DNA of 64,000 bases. Origin: Vicugna vicugna. Taxonomy: Eukaryota. The notes under the pieces were generated by a model, which saw only the letters and a list, made by a program, of their open reading frames with translations, was not told the DNA's origin and ran no database searches. The DNA is taken from NCBI GenBank assembly GCA_013265495.1, contig MU057416.1, forward strand, positions 986,545-1,050,544. Reading direction: 5' to 3'. Position numbers and translations under genes: made by a program. Positions 48,901 to 62,125 of this stretch are shown here, one piece after another. Every line of letters begins with the position of its first letter. Positions within the stretch are counted from its first letter, which is position 1.

Positions 48901-51492
48901 AGAATAAACTCAAGCATAAGCCTCACCACGCACAGGCTGGACCCTCTCTCCCCCTTTGTGGGAGAAAATAAAGGACACTACGCCAAAGGACCATAATACA
49001 AATTTTTGGCAGGTCCAAGCACAATGCTGCATTTCAAGAGAAGTGTCTCTGATCTTTTTCACATGTTAAATCTTCTGAGTATTTGAAGACAATAGAAGGA
49101 TGTTTCTGGCTTTATCTGATAATAAAGTTGTCATAATGCATTTTGACATTTTTAAAAATGTATTCAAAGCTGATGAAATGGAGATTTTAGATGCTGGCAT
49201 TGGAAAAAGGCCTTGAATTTCAGCCAGCAGTTTCCCAAGAGAGATAAAAGTGGTTTCTGTTGAAAACCAGGTAGGAAAATGTATTGGACAGTCGAGAACT
49301 ATTTCAAGGTCCAGAATCATCGACTTCACTGTCAGAGGCTAAAACGTCCTCCTAGTGGCCTGACGGGTTACAGTCCATCCCAGTGTCATCTTGGACCAGC
49401 TGCTCCCAGCCACCGGCTGCCTCGGAGCCATGGGAGAAGTAATGAAGGTCTAACATTTGTGACTGAGGTTTTCACATGAAATTGCTCAGGTTCAAGATAT
49501 TTCCTGTCAATGCTTATTATTCTTCCCTGGCATCCTTCTGAGCTACAGATGAAAAGTTCTAGTTAAATTGGGGGTAAGGAGATTTTTCAAAATGTAAGTC
49601 TGCTTAGGACTGTATGGCATAGCTATGAATGTTAACTAATGTGTGTTAGGAGGGGGAAAAAAAGTACTTCTAAGTTCCAGACTGCCTCCCAAATTAATGA
49701 GAATCAAGGCGTGAAGAACTAAAATCTGTACCGCCTTTAGCCAAGTTCCTGCTGTTTCAGGATTGGAAGGAGGATCATCTGGAAGGCAGGCGTCTAAACT
49801 CAGTTAAAGTGACGATTTCCCCTTCTCTCCCGCAGAGGAGGAGGAGGTCTGCCGCCGCGTCCGGGGATCACACACAGCGTGAGCAGGAGCTCCCTAGCCA
49901 TCTGTAGGGCTGCTGGATGCGTTTCTGTCTCTCTGAACATTTCCATTCTCCTGACAAAGGTAACAAAGGCAAACAAACGTGCTCTGCTGGGGAGGCAGTG
50001 CTGGAAGGGAGCTTTACTCTCTCATTCTTCATGAGTGATATTTTGAAGTTGTTCGTGCCACTGAGAGATCACAGTTATTCTTTCAGAAGTTCTCCTTCTC
50101 ACTCTTTTGGGCCTTGCCCTTTGCTGCTTTAGTGTTTCTTCTCTCATCACCACTCACCCCTGGCCTTCCCATCAATCGCTCAGCCGTTTCCTTTTCATCC
50201 GTCCCTCCTGCTCTTGGTCTGCATTTGACATCTCCGAGCCCAGGTGATACCTCGACTCCTCATTTCCAACCATTTTGCCTTCTTCTGCTTCCTTTTGCCC
50301 TCGAAGTCCTGTACCTTCTATAAGACCCTTGAGGTCAACACCAAGACTCAAGTGGCGAGAGATGAAGAGTTTTAAATGTTAAATGTTCTGAGAAAAAGAG
50401 CATTTTTAAAGACGTATTTTGACTCAAATTCTTCTTTCCATGATATATTCCTGCTTTCACAAGAAGTTACCATTCCAAATCTATTTTAAGCCTCAAGAGA
50501 TGTCTAATCTACAGGGTGACCGAGCCTTGGGTGGCTTTAGGAAGCACTAGCAGATGGAAACACATGATTCTGGGAGCACAGTAAATATATTCCGTTAAAA
50601 ACAAATTTTTATGCTCTCCCTTGATCATTAATTGTTTAGGATTACAGTTCAATACGTATTAATGTTTTAACCGAAATTTTACAATGGAACAGCCAGCTTC
50701 CTTTCATGTTGGAAAAGCAGGCATTTATCAACCACTTACTGTATACTTTGCACAAAGCACTGGGAGATAGAAAAACAAAAAGTAAATGATCTCAGAGCCC
50801 CCAGTCTAATAAGAAAGGCAGACCTACAAATATATAAGCAGTGCAGTGAGATACATCCTACCCCAACATCTGAATGAACGAAAGAATGAATGCACCACGG
50901 CAGGTTGTTCAGGAATTCAGAGATAAATCAGATACAGACCCTGCCCTGAAGGAGTTGTCTAGCAAAGAAGAAAGGACAGATACCAGAAAAATAAAACAGG
51001 CTAGAAAGGGAAAGTCTTACCGGGAACTTAAAACAAAGGGGCAATGAGCTTTTACAAGAGAAAACTTCTCATCCAGGGGGGACATCCTAGATTTCACAGA
51101 GACAACCGTGTGTGAACTGGGCTTTGAAAACACTGCAGTGGAAACACTGTCTACTTTCAGCGCAGTTTTGCTGTGAACCTAAAACTGCTCCAAAGAATAA
51201 AGTATATTAATTAAAAAGTGCATAGCATAATGAAAAAGAATATGAAAACAAACATATGTATGTATACGCATGACTGGGACATTCTGCTGTACACCAGAAA
51301 TCGACACATTGTAACCGACTGTACTTAAAACAAACAAATAAACAAACAAACACATGTAGCATAGAAGCAGGTGTGTATAAATCAGATCATCCAGGTGGAG
51401 CAGAACAGTACGGAACACCAGCATCCCACGGGATGGCTCAGGAAGAGAAAATCCACGAGGGACAGGGAAGGGGTGTCAAGAGTAGAGAAGAG

Positions 51493-52196
51493 AGGGGAAC
51501 ATACAGCTCAGTGGTGGAGTGCGTGCTTAGCATGTGAAAGGTCCTGGGTTCAATCCCCAGTGCCTGTTTTTTAAAAATTATAATAAAATAATGAATAAGT
51601 AAATCCATCAACAGATGACTGGGTAAAGAAGATGTGGGGGTGTGTGTGTATATGATGGACTACTACTCAGCCATAAAAAGGAATAAAATAGTGCCATTTG
51701 CAGCAACATGGATGGACCTGGAGATCACCATTCTAAGTGAAGGAAGACAGAAGGAGAAAGAAAAATACCCTATGGTATCACTTCTATGTGGAATCTAAAA
51801 AAAAGGACACAAATGAACTTATCTACTAAACAGAAACAGATTCAGGACATAGAGAACAAACTTAAGGTTACCAGAGGTTAAAGGGGGTGGGAAGGGGTAA
51901 GTTGGGAGTTTGAAATTTATACCCCTTAGGCAGTGATGGAAATGTTAGCTATCTCGATTGTGGTGATGGTTTCATGGGTGTGTACGTCTATCAAAATTCA
52001 TCAAATTGTACATCTGAAATATGTGTCGTTTACTGTACAGGAACCAGACCACAAACAAGCTGTTAAAAAAAAGTGACACAACTCTATGCTGTTTACATAA
52101 AACTCAATTCGAATTCAATGACAAAGGGAAAAATTATAATAAAATAAAATAATAATAAATAAACCTAATTACCTCCTTCCCCACCCCACCCCCCAC
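51493..52196 (+). mobile_element. SINE split by an L1 insertion in its AT-rich linker
   Basis: Head at 51493-51570. Terminus aaacctaattacctcc resumes at about 52160. Confidence 0.85.
51601..52128 (+). mobile_element. Chimeric L1 copy 1 (young ORF2 end and proximal UTR, L1MC/ME-like 3' end, extra tail)
   Basis: Junction at about 51915-51930. TSD AAAAATTATAATAAAATAA at 51573-51591 and 52129-52147. Confidence 0.85.
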
Positions 52197-52289
52197 TGAA
52201 GAAAAAGATACCTGAAAAAAAAGCTTAGCGAAGAGGCAGGCACGTGGCAGGAGTCGACTGATCTGAGAGTTTCAAGGGGGAAGGTGGCT

Positions 52290-52790
52290 TTCCTGTTGTC
52301 TTGTTGTGTAACACACTTCGTAGCTATTTTTTTACACCTCTCAATTTTGCGAGGCCAGAACTAAGGCAGGTGTAGGCTGGGCGACTCCTCTCCCGGGTGG
52401 TACAGATGGACGCCCTCACTGGCGTTCAGCCGGTGGTCAGACGGGTCTGGACACACCCAGACAGCCTCACTCACATGATGCCCGTGGGGCTGGCCCGAAG
52501 AGTGGGCTCACCTCTGCCCCTCTCCCCTCCACACAGTCTCAGGGTCTCTCCATATAGTTCACAACCGTCAGTCAGATAGCTTACGTGGTAGCTCACAGCT
52601 CCAAGAGGAAGTCTCCTAAATGACAGGATGTGAAAGCTGCCTGTCTCCGAAGACTGGGCACCAAAAATTGGCACCGCGTCACTTTGATCGTATTTTAATT
52701 GTCAAAGCAGTCCCAGAACCTGCCCAGACTCAGTGGCAGGGGACAGAAAACTTCCTGTCCCTTGATGGGAGGAGAGTCAAAGGCCTCGTA
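52290..52790 (-). mobile_element. MLT1-type (MaLR) solo LTR relic
   Basis: ttgttgtgtaacacac...cagcctcactcacatg...cttacgtggtagctcacagctccaag...ggcaccgcgtcactttg...cttgatgggaggag are MLT1 hallmarks. Confidence 0.75.
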
Positions 52791-52849
52791 AGCCTCTTCA
52801 GCCTCCACAGAAGGAGTGAATAACCAGCGGTGGGCGCAGTAAAGAGACC

Positions 52850-53700
52850 ACCAAGGCAGGCGCCGGGAGCGGTGCGCTGGGTTTGACGGCTTGAAGGTGG
52901 ATGGGAGACAACGGGATCAGCTCAGGGCGCGCGGAAAGCGGAGGTCAAGTCCACGCGCCTGAGAAGTGAGCTTCGGCGACCCTGGGGAGACGTCACAGAA
53001 GGGACAGGGAAAGCCAAGCGCCGCCGGGGAAGGGAGAGCGGCTCTGGAAGGAAAGGCAAACGGAAAGCAGACAGCCGCACTGATGGGCTGGAAGGAAAGC
53101 GCCAGAGAAGGAAGGAGCCGCTCAAAACAGGACGGAGAGGAGATACAGGGGCCCTGGGGGAGCTCCCAGGGACAGGGGCGAGACGCGCAGGCGGAGGGTT
53201 ACGCCTGAAGGAGGGCAGAACCGGCTCAGCCTCTGAGTCAGAGGAAGGGAGGCGAGGGTCAGTGTCCCCGCGGGCCGAGGCGCCCGCGTCCCCGCGCAGA
53301 CGCTTCCTCCACGCGCGGCCCGGCCTCCGGCCTCCGCGCCCTGCGGTCCCCCAGCTGGGCCCCCGGGAGGCTCTGGGAGGCAGCTGGGGAAGGCCTCTTC
53401 CTGCAGAACTTCAGCTTCTGATCTTAGCTCAGCTCGGCCGGTCTTGAGAGCATCCTAGGCAGGCACCTGCACGGCGCAGGGAACGGGGTAAAACATCTTC
53501 ACGCCGGAGCTTGCTCAGCGAGGCGTCCAAACGTACCGGTGCGCGGCAAGCAGACGGCCACTGGTGCTAACCCCTGCAGTACTCAGGGCAGCCCCACTGG
53601 CCTGCCCAGGCCAGTCACTCCGTCCCCGAGCCTCTCCTCGGGGGATGCGCAGAGGGCTGCAGGAACGTGAGTGGAGTCCGACACGTCTCCCGAGGGCAGG
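52850..53700. promoter_or_regulatory. CpG/GC-rich patch
   Basis: CpG-dense core at 53260-53370. Confidence 0.45.
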
Positions 53701-54364
53701 CGGGGGAAGAATTTGAACACACGGGGAGTTTTGTATTGCTGGGAGGTGGGGATGTCATTTGCATTTCATTTTATTCCAAAAGAGGCTTTTAAATAAGACC
53801 TAAATTTCATCTTTTGATCTCTCGTTCCTTCCATGTTTTCCCATCTTCGCTGGTCTTTTTTTATACCCTTACCATAACTACGACAGCTGTCACGTAGCCA
53901 AGGCCCAGGGAGACACAGCCGCTGGTGCAGAAGCGTCCCTCACCTGAAGTGCTAACAAAATGATGACCAGCAGAGGTTACGAACGTGACTGAGGACACTA
54001 GCGTCTGAGTTGTGCGCGTGGGACTGGAACCCAGGTCACTCTCCCTGCAGAGCCCAGTGCTCTCTGCTTCTCCTTTTTTCCTATTTATTGCCTGCAACTC
54101 AGATCCAACACAGCCCACTCTATGTTCCTGCTCCTCTCAAGGAGTTTGCACGTGAGTCACCGGAAATGGGGAGCCTGAAACGATGCTGAGGAAAGAGAAA
54201 AGCAGCTCTCCCGTCCTCCGCTCCACTGTCCTGCCCTGTCAGACTCCTGACAGTTCTATTTTTGCATCACATTGTGTTGCTACTGCACATAAGCAAAAGT
54301 GTGGTGCCTGTGTTTTTAGTTCACAAGGAACTTTTGCACATATCGTCTACCATGGGCCACTTTT

Positions 54365-54657
54365 TTTTTGTAGTTTTATTTTATTTTATTTTATTTTTAC
54401 ATTTTTTTATTGATTCATACTCATTTTACAGTGTTGTGTCAAATTCGTGTTCAGCACAATTTTTCAGACATTCATGGACATATACACACTCATTGTCACA
54501 TTTTTTTCTCTGTGATTTATCATAACATTTTGTGTATATTTCCCTGTGCTATACAGTGTAATCTTGTTTATCTATTCTACAATTTTGAAATCCCAGTCTA
54601 TCCCTTCCCACCCTCTACCCCCTCCCCCGGTAACCACAAGTCTGTATTCTCTGTCCA
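54365..54657 (-). mobile_element. Young L1 3' end
   Basis: Perfect 17-bp TSD TACCATGGGCCACTTTT at 54348-54364 and 54658-54674, with a T-rich tail. Confidence 0.95.
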
Positions 54658-54763
54658 TACCATGGGCCACTTTTGATGCCAGGAAAGAGAAATATTGTTT
54701 ACACATTGGAATGTTATAATAAGATGCTTAATAAATACCTTCAGATTTTCTTCCACTCTCCCA

Positions 54764-54947
54764 AGCTAGATTCAGCAAATAGAAATGCAAGACATCCACT
54801 TAAATCTGAATTTCAGACAAATGATCACCACTGTGTTTAGCATCAATATGTTCACGGACTACTCGGGACACAATGTGCTAAAGAGCATGTGCTGTTTACC
54901 TGAAACTCACAAGTAGCTTGGCCTTCTGTACTTCACCTGGCAACTCT
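54764..54947. mobile_element. MER53-like palindromic MITE relic
   Basis: agattcagcaaatagaaatgcaagacatccacttaaatctgaatttcagacaaa...gtttacctgaaactcac...ctggcaactct matches the recalled MER53 layout. Confidence 0.75.
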
Positions 54948-55693
54948 CTCGGCAAAGAGCAACTTAAAAATTCTCTTCTAGCCAGGGTTCTCACAAGACA
55001 GACCCTAAGAGCCTTCCCTTTGTAAAGGAAGTCCGGGTAAGTAATTTCGTGAAGCAGAGATGCCCTCTGTGTAACAGTCAGGCCTCCAAATGTTTGTATT
55101 TGCACGTTTGCATTTTGGGTTAGTACATTGCCCAAAGTAGCCGACACCCTTGAAAGCGTGATTTTAGAATCTTGTCTAAGTCTGTTTCAGATTCAACCAA
55201 CACAGAAATGCATATTCATAAAAGGATTCAGGCTGCCAGGGAAGTGGTGAGTTTCAGGTATCATAAAGACAAAGACATTAAAACAAATGAGGAAGAAAAA
55301 CTGCCTTTGCTAGACATCATTTTGATCAACCAGAATATGACGGAGTCCATGGCATTCTGTTCTCTAAATATGATGTATTAAGATCTTACTCTGCTTGGCA
55401 AAAGATATAATATGTATATGAGATAAGCTTAGTAGAAGCCAGGTGATTGACAAATGACAATGCCATATTTCAGGGCAGATGACCTGGACAGGTCTTAAGA
55501 AGAAATCCAAAGCAATATGGAGGCTGAAATACTGAACATCGGAGTTGAGGCAACTCTCCAGGAGTCACACTATTCACGCTGCAAGGCATGCCCACTGTTT
55601 CTCTCCATCAATTCCTCCCTCATTGCCTTGTCAGAAAATCAGCTTTCAGTGTGACGTGGGGCTGAGTACACCCAATTTAAAACACCAGTGCTT

Positions 55694-56201
55694 CTATTTA
55701 CAATAGCCCAGACATGGAAACAACCCGAATGGCCACCAACAGATGACTGGATAAAGAAGTTGTGGTGTATTTCTACAAAGGAATACTACTCAGCCATAAA
55801 AAGGAATGAATAATGCCATTTGCAGCAACATGGATGGACCTGGAGATCATCAGTCTAAGTGAAGGAAGCCAGAAAGAGAAAGAAAAATGCCATATGATAT
55901 CACTCATATGTGGAATCTAAATAAAAGAAGTTTATTTACAAAACAGAAACAGGCATAGAGAACAAACTTATGGTTACCGGGGTTAAAAAGGGTGGGAAGG
56001 GGTAAATTGGGAATTCAAAAGCTGCACCTCTTGGGCAATGATGGAAATATTAGCTATCTGGATTGTGGTGCTGGTTCCACGGGTGTGTACATCTATCAAA
56101 ACTCATCAAATTGTACATCTGAAATACGTGTAGTTTCCTGTACAGGAGCCATCCCACAATAAAGGTGTTAGAAAATTAGAAACAAAACAAAAAGAAAAAA
56201 G
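55694..56201 (+). mobile_element. Chimeric L1 copy 2
   Basis: Same junction as copy 1 at about 56015-56035. TSD-like AAAACACCAGTGCTT (55679-55693) / AAAGCTCCAGTGCTT (56202-56216). Confidence 0.88.
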
Positions 56202-59200
56202 AAAGCTCCAGTGCTTGTCAGGGTCTTGTATCCAGACTAAAGGTTACTTTTGCTGAGCTTACTCTTCTAGAATTCTATAAGCAGCACCGACTTGGAGAAG
56301 GGAAAACGGAGGTCTCCGTCACCCCAGACCTACTCAGTGTTTAGAAGAGATAAGCCAGTGCCGCCCCCCACCCCAGTGCATCCTTGGGGGAGCACGGCCA
56401 CCTCCAGGGCAGGAGCGGGGCCGTCCCCTCCCCACGGGACTTGCAGAGTGCGCGTCCTTACCAGTCACGCAGGCGTGAGGCTGCACTTGCATTGTTTGGG
56501 AGCTGAAGGACATCAGACTTCTTACCCAGTTATCACAGTTGTGCTTTTGTTTTCCTAGAACTTGGTGGTTTAGAGAGCTTATTCCATGATTGTTTGCATC
56601 TGTTTAGGACACGAAGCTCACGTCTGACCAACACAAACAGCCAAAGGGCAGGTCATTCACTAGAGATAAAAGCAGTGCAGGGAAACCTCACAATGTTTAG
56701 GGTGAAGACACCTCGTCTGCAGAACAGCGTGAGGCAGAGGGGCCCCGTTATTCCGCAGTGGCTCTCGGGAATCTAAAATCTGTGGCTATTTCTGACGGAC
56801 TCAATTTTTAAATAACTGTGAAAAATAAACCCTCAACTTTTCCTTCTCTAGCTGTCTATTTCAATCCTGCGAAGGCCCGGTGTGCCTGCTCACGATTCAC
56901 TCAGAACGGATAACGGCCATCAAACCAACAAACGCGTGCACAGCACTTACCGTGGACTCGGCCGCAGGTGGGGTCCTGTGAGGGGCAGAGAGATGAACGA
57001 GGCCGAGTCCTCGGCCTCGGAGAGCTTCAGCTTACAGTCTAGTGAAGAGCTGGCCTAGAAAACAGAAATAATGATGGTACGAATTAGAATGTGGCCAGTG
57101 CCCAAGGAGAGACGTGAAGTATTAAAAGAACACTCAGAAGGGAAAGTTCAATTTAGGTTTTCCAGAGAGACAGCTTCTGAGTCTTAAGAAATGGGTGAGG
57201 TTTCATTCGGCAGGTTTGGGGGGAAACAGAAACCCCCAATGTGCATTGGTTTAAAAGCATGGAGGTTGTACACAGTGGGGCTTGGTCCCAAGACCGTTGG
57301 ATGCAGGATGGCTGAGAACAGCAAGGGTCCTTTTGAGGACAGGTTGTAAATAACAGGGAGACTGCCCATCGGAGTGGAATTTTAGTCTGTGTTTTGATTT
57401 TGGTTTTGTTGTTGTTGCTCAGCTGGTATCTGTCTCCAGCATCCATTTGCCTTATTCTGACAACAGCATCTGATTTTTCCTTTAAGGAACATCTCCCCTC
57501 CCCAAGCAGTCTCTGCCCCAGCCGGGCTAAGAGAGCAGAGAGCGGGAAGGGAGAGGTTAGGAGAGAGCCTCACTGTCCTCCAGCACCTAAGAGCTGCCTG
57601 CAAGGAGGCGACCCATAAAGGGGACGGAGCTGACGTGGCGGAGGGCAGGGGAGCAAGATCAGGAGAGTCTGCACCCTGGCAGCCAAAGCCGGGAGGTGTT
57701 TCTGGGACTGAATGGTCAACAGCCCGGAGGTGAGAGGCTGGGACTCGGAGGGAGGTGGGCGCTTGCTTGTTGTGCACTGGACGTACTTAGGCATGATTGA
57801 AAACAGAGGGGGAGAATCCGATGGCAGGAAAGGCTGAAGATGCTTGAGAGAGTAGGAAGAGCCAACAGCGTGAGGTTCCTGAGGGGGGGGGTGACCTCCA
57901 GGAGAGGTCGGCAAGCCCTTCCACCGGAGGCGGGCGACGACGAGACGCAGGTGAAGACAGCAGCACGTTGGGCACCAAGAAAAAGCAGACGTCCTCGGAC
58001 AACGCGGCGGCTTGCTCTCTGCAGCTGGGGGTGCGAGGGGGCTGTGGGACCCGGGGCCACGGCGAGCCAGGGGGAAAGGGGGGAAGGGCGTTTCGAGAAG
58101 AACCAGCTGCTACCAGTGCCTCCAAAGGCTGATTTTTTAAATGCAAGTTTTGATTTGCACATTGAGCTGGCACGCCCGTCAAAGCAGCTAAATGGAAGAA
58201 ACGTATCTGAGGACGCTGGAAAGAGTTTCTCTCACTCTTGAAAAGAGTGCCCTGCGGCCCGGAGCCCGCGCCACTCCCTCCGCAACGCAGGTCTAGTAAA
58301 TTCCAAGAAACATAAGACTCAGCCCTCCAGCTTCAGACGACGTTCAGAGATCCAGGTAAATGCAAGTTTGCAACGACAAACCTGAAAATGAGTTTTGAAA
58401 CCAGCAGCTGAAGTCGGTACTGCCACTGGTTAATACTCTGGCGGCTTGAGAAGCATTATATAAACTGCAGTTTCCAACCACCACACCAGACATTCCAATT
58501 TAACAGGTGAAACAATACATGGATTGTTTGAATAAATAAATTAATTAATTAATGGCTTTGTCTTTGGCGCTTGATTTTAACAGCCTTACTCCATCTCAGA
58601 TATTTTAAACGTATCATGAACAACAATCCGCTAACATAGATCAGAGCATATACCTTGCAAAGCAGTATCACTGATGTCTGTTACCTGGCTCTGATTGATT
58701 TATCTGTAACCCTGAACGCATCTAATTGCCAACCCAGATTGTACACTGAGAGCAGGCAGGGTTCTAAAAATAGGGGGAAAAATTTTTTTAAAGCCAATGC
58801 ATTCGTGTTTCAGAATTTATAATTACTCATCGTAAACATATTCACCATCTGGAATAAAAGTGGCTATTAGGTAACAGTATCCTAGCAGCCAGAGTCACAT
58901 GGGCGATGGCCGAGACGTCTGCAGGATCCTCGGGAAGCAAGCTCCTGGGCTCTGATGTTCAAGGCCGCTTTGCGAAATCGACACTCAGCGAAGGCCAAGA
59001 AAGGGGTCTGCTGAGAGCGCCAAGCTCCTGTTTCTCTTGCTGCACATCAATTTCTCACCAAGTCAATCGTTTTATCTCTACTTTTTAAACAATTGTGTGC
59101 TATTTCTCAAAGTCCTGACTTTTACTCTGCTCTTCTGCTTTGTTGAGATTCTTTAATCCATCTTCCCGTTCACAATATCTCCACATCTGTCAAAACCCAG

Positions 59201-60482
59201 TTTAAAATGCCACCTCCTCAGTGACGCCTTCCCAAACTCCAATTAGTGAGTTAACCCCAGCCTCCCCCAACAATGCCATTAGATACAGTCAGGTACCTCC
59301 CTCTGCCTCTAGACCTGCTTGTGTCCCTAGCACTGAAATTGGCATCTCAGTAAAAGGAGGATTTTGAAGGTCATGAGGACACATGTAGGCACTATGGTAA
59401 CTGTGACGTGACATCGCGAGCAGTTCTTTACCACCCTCCGTGTTCCCATCGTGTCCTCGTCAGACACACAGACTGCAAGCCCTTCCCGCCGCCCGCCCTG
59501 CCGTGGACGCCGCCTCGCACAATGCTGCTTGTACAACCCCGTGCTCTCATATCCGCACCCACGCTCCTCTCTCTCTGTCTCTCTCTCCCCCAAATGTACA
59601 TCTCTACAGCAGGAGGGGGAAGTCGGCATCCTCATAGCTGCTTATGGCTACTCTCAGACGAGTCTCTTGCACTTTCAGCCACGAAACCCTCTTCCCCTGA
59701 AGTTCATGCTTCTCCCTCTCCTCATCAGTTTCAATTACCTATTTCAAGCTAGGATCCAAACGTCACGGATCTTTGGCCCCCAGCTCACCCTTTTCTTTTC
59801 ATCTCTTACATGTCTGCAGGCAACTTCAACAGCGGTGCAGAAGCATTAAATAGTGACAATCCTGGCCAATACCCCTGAGCCCTTTCTAGGCGCCGAGCGC
59901 TGTGTCCGTGCGTCCATGAGTTAGCTTGTCCAGCCCTCCCACCACTCCCAGGAGGCGTGTGCTACCATGTGGCCACTGTACAGGTGACAGAATGGAGGCT
60001 TCCACCTCTGTTGGATGCTTGGCTGGGAGCACACAGCTGGTACGCAGCAGAGCTGGGAGTGATGCTCGGGAGCCTGACCACCAAGCTGCACTTTAAATCA
60101 CCCCCTACACTGTTTCAGCCTCACCCCTTAGCAACTAGGCTTCCCCACCATGGTGGCCTCCACCTGCATGACCACAAGGTCCCACTGCAAAGCCAGGAGT
60201 CTGTGGACACCAAGAACGGCTCCACATAGGAAACCTTCATCTTCCAAATCACAGGACAAGCGATCCTTCCCCACCCCTGACCATCACTCCCTCCACCCCC
60301 CACCCCAGGTGCTCCCGTCATTCTACCTACTCCCGACTTATCTCTGTCACTTATGCCTTCTGGACACTAACAACCATCTAGCCAGCACCTTCAACTAGCT
60401 GAGCCCCAATCCACCAGCCTTACCTGCTCCCCAAACTTCTAATGTCATCCTAACCATTTGCCTTTCCTGTTGTCCTGTACCT

Positions 60483-61039
60483 AATCCAGAGAAAATTCTA
60501 ATTCAAAAAGACACATGCACCCCAATGTTCACAGCAGCACTATTTACAATAGCCAAGACATGGGAACAACCTAAATATCCATCACTGACAGATGACTGGA
60601 TAAAGAAGTTGTGGTATATTTACACAATGGAATACTACTTGGCCATAAAAAAGAATAAAACAATGCCATTTGCAGCAACATGGGTGGACCTGGAGATTGT
60701 CATTCTAAGTGAAGTAAGCCAGAAAGAAATAGAAAAATGCCATATGATATCACTTATATGTGGAATCTTTTAAAAAGGACATAAATAAACTTATCTACAA
60801 AACAGAAACAGACACAGACATACAGAACAAACTTACGGTTACCAGGGAGTAAATGGGGTGGGAAGGGAATTCAAAATTTGCACCTCTTGGGGAGTGATGG
60901 AAATGTTAGCTGTCTTGACTGTGGTGGTGGTTTCATGGGTGTGTACGTCTATCAAAACTCAGCAAATTGTACATCTGAAATATGTGTAGTTTACTGTATA
61001 AGAACCAGACCACAATAAAGGTATTTGAAAAAAAATAAA
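60483..61039 (+). mobile_element. Chimeric L1 copy 3
   Basis: ORF 60525-60773 (MFTAALFTIAKTWEQPKYPS..DDWIKKLWYIYTMEYY) is the ORF2 end. Same junction at about 60870-60895. Confidence 0.9.
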
Positions 61040-61199
61040 GATTGCCTGCATTGTGTCCGACATTTTTATGTGTCTGTATGAGTGGGTCCTCCAGTTTCTG
61101 GTCTGACATGTTTTCAGAACCAGAAGTGCCCTCCATCCCTTCCCTTCAAAACATTGTCAGTGGGTGGCATTGATTCCCATGGCCTCCGCTGCTATCTGT

Positions 61200-62125
61200 C
61201 CGCTGATTAACTCCCAAATCTCCTTCTCCAGCAGACATCCCATTTCCGTCCCAGAAATATTCTTCTAGTTGACAAGTGAGCTCCCTACCCCAATTAGCCC
61301 ATAAAAATCTCAAGTTCTATTGTGTTCAGATTTACACTCGCTCAGAACTGGGTTTACTTTTCAACCAGTGGCGTCCCCATGCCGTCAGCCTTCCGAGCCA
61401 CATGTCTGGCAGTCGCCCTCTCCTTCTCCACTCCCTTATGCCCTGGCAATACGACAGTTCTATTCCTTAATGCACCCCCCCACTGCATTAATGCACACCC
61501 GCCTTCCTAGTCTCCCCAGGGCTCGTCCTGAGAGTGCACATCCACCCTTCTCACTGCTAATGACTAGTCCGAATGTCACTCTCTTCCTTCAAACCCCAAG
61601 TAGCTCCCCACTGCGTGTATGAGGAGGTCCACGCTCCCTGACTTGACGTCACGCCCTCTCATCACCAGCTGCTGCTGCTTTTCAGCCTCAGCTTCCGTTA
61701 GTTCCTCAGAACCTCTAGCCTCACTGAACGCCTTCCGTCCCTAAGTGCGAAGTGCCCCTAGACGCCACCAAGCCTGCAGGTGACACGCGAGCTGCCGCGA
61801 TTCCCGCCCCACCACGCACCCTCCTGGTCTAGAGAGCCCCTGGCATCCTGCGTCTGTCAGTCCAAGAGCTGCGTCCTCTCTGACACCCTCCCTGACCTGC
61901 TAGACCCCCGCCCCAGGCGGTGGGGGGGCCCCTCTGAGTGCACAGGGCGCGCAATGCCAGGCGCCCCTTGCCACACTGTTTTGAAGAGCTATTTAAATTC
62001 CTGTCTCTTCCACAGCACACTGTGAACTCCTGGGGGACGGGGGACTGGGCAGTATTTGTCTAATCACTGCTAACGCCCAGCAGAGACCCCGGGCCATCGG
62101 CAACATTCTGCTGACTCGTCAAGAA
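61200..62125 (+). mobile_element. L2 relic, GC-shifted
   Basis: ctcccaaatctccttctccagc...tgtcactctcttccttcaaaccc...cactgtgaactcctgggggacggggactg...gcccagcagagaccccggg. Confidence 0.6.

Noticed and set aside
49066..49329. 87-aa ORF in AT-rich unique sequence
   Set aside because: Non-ATG start, no family match recognised, no clear exon boundaries.
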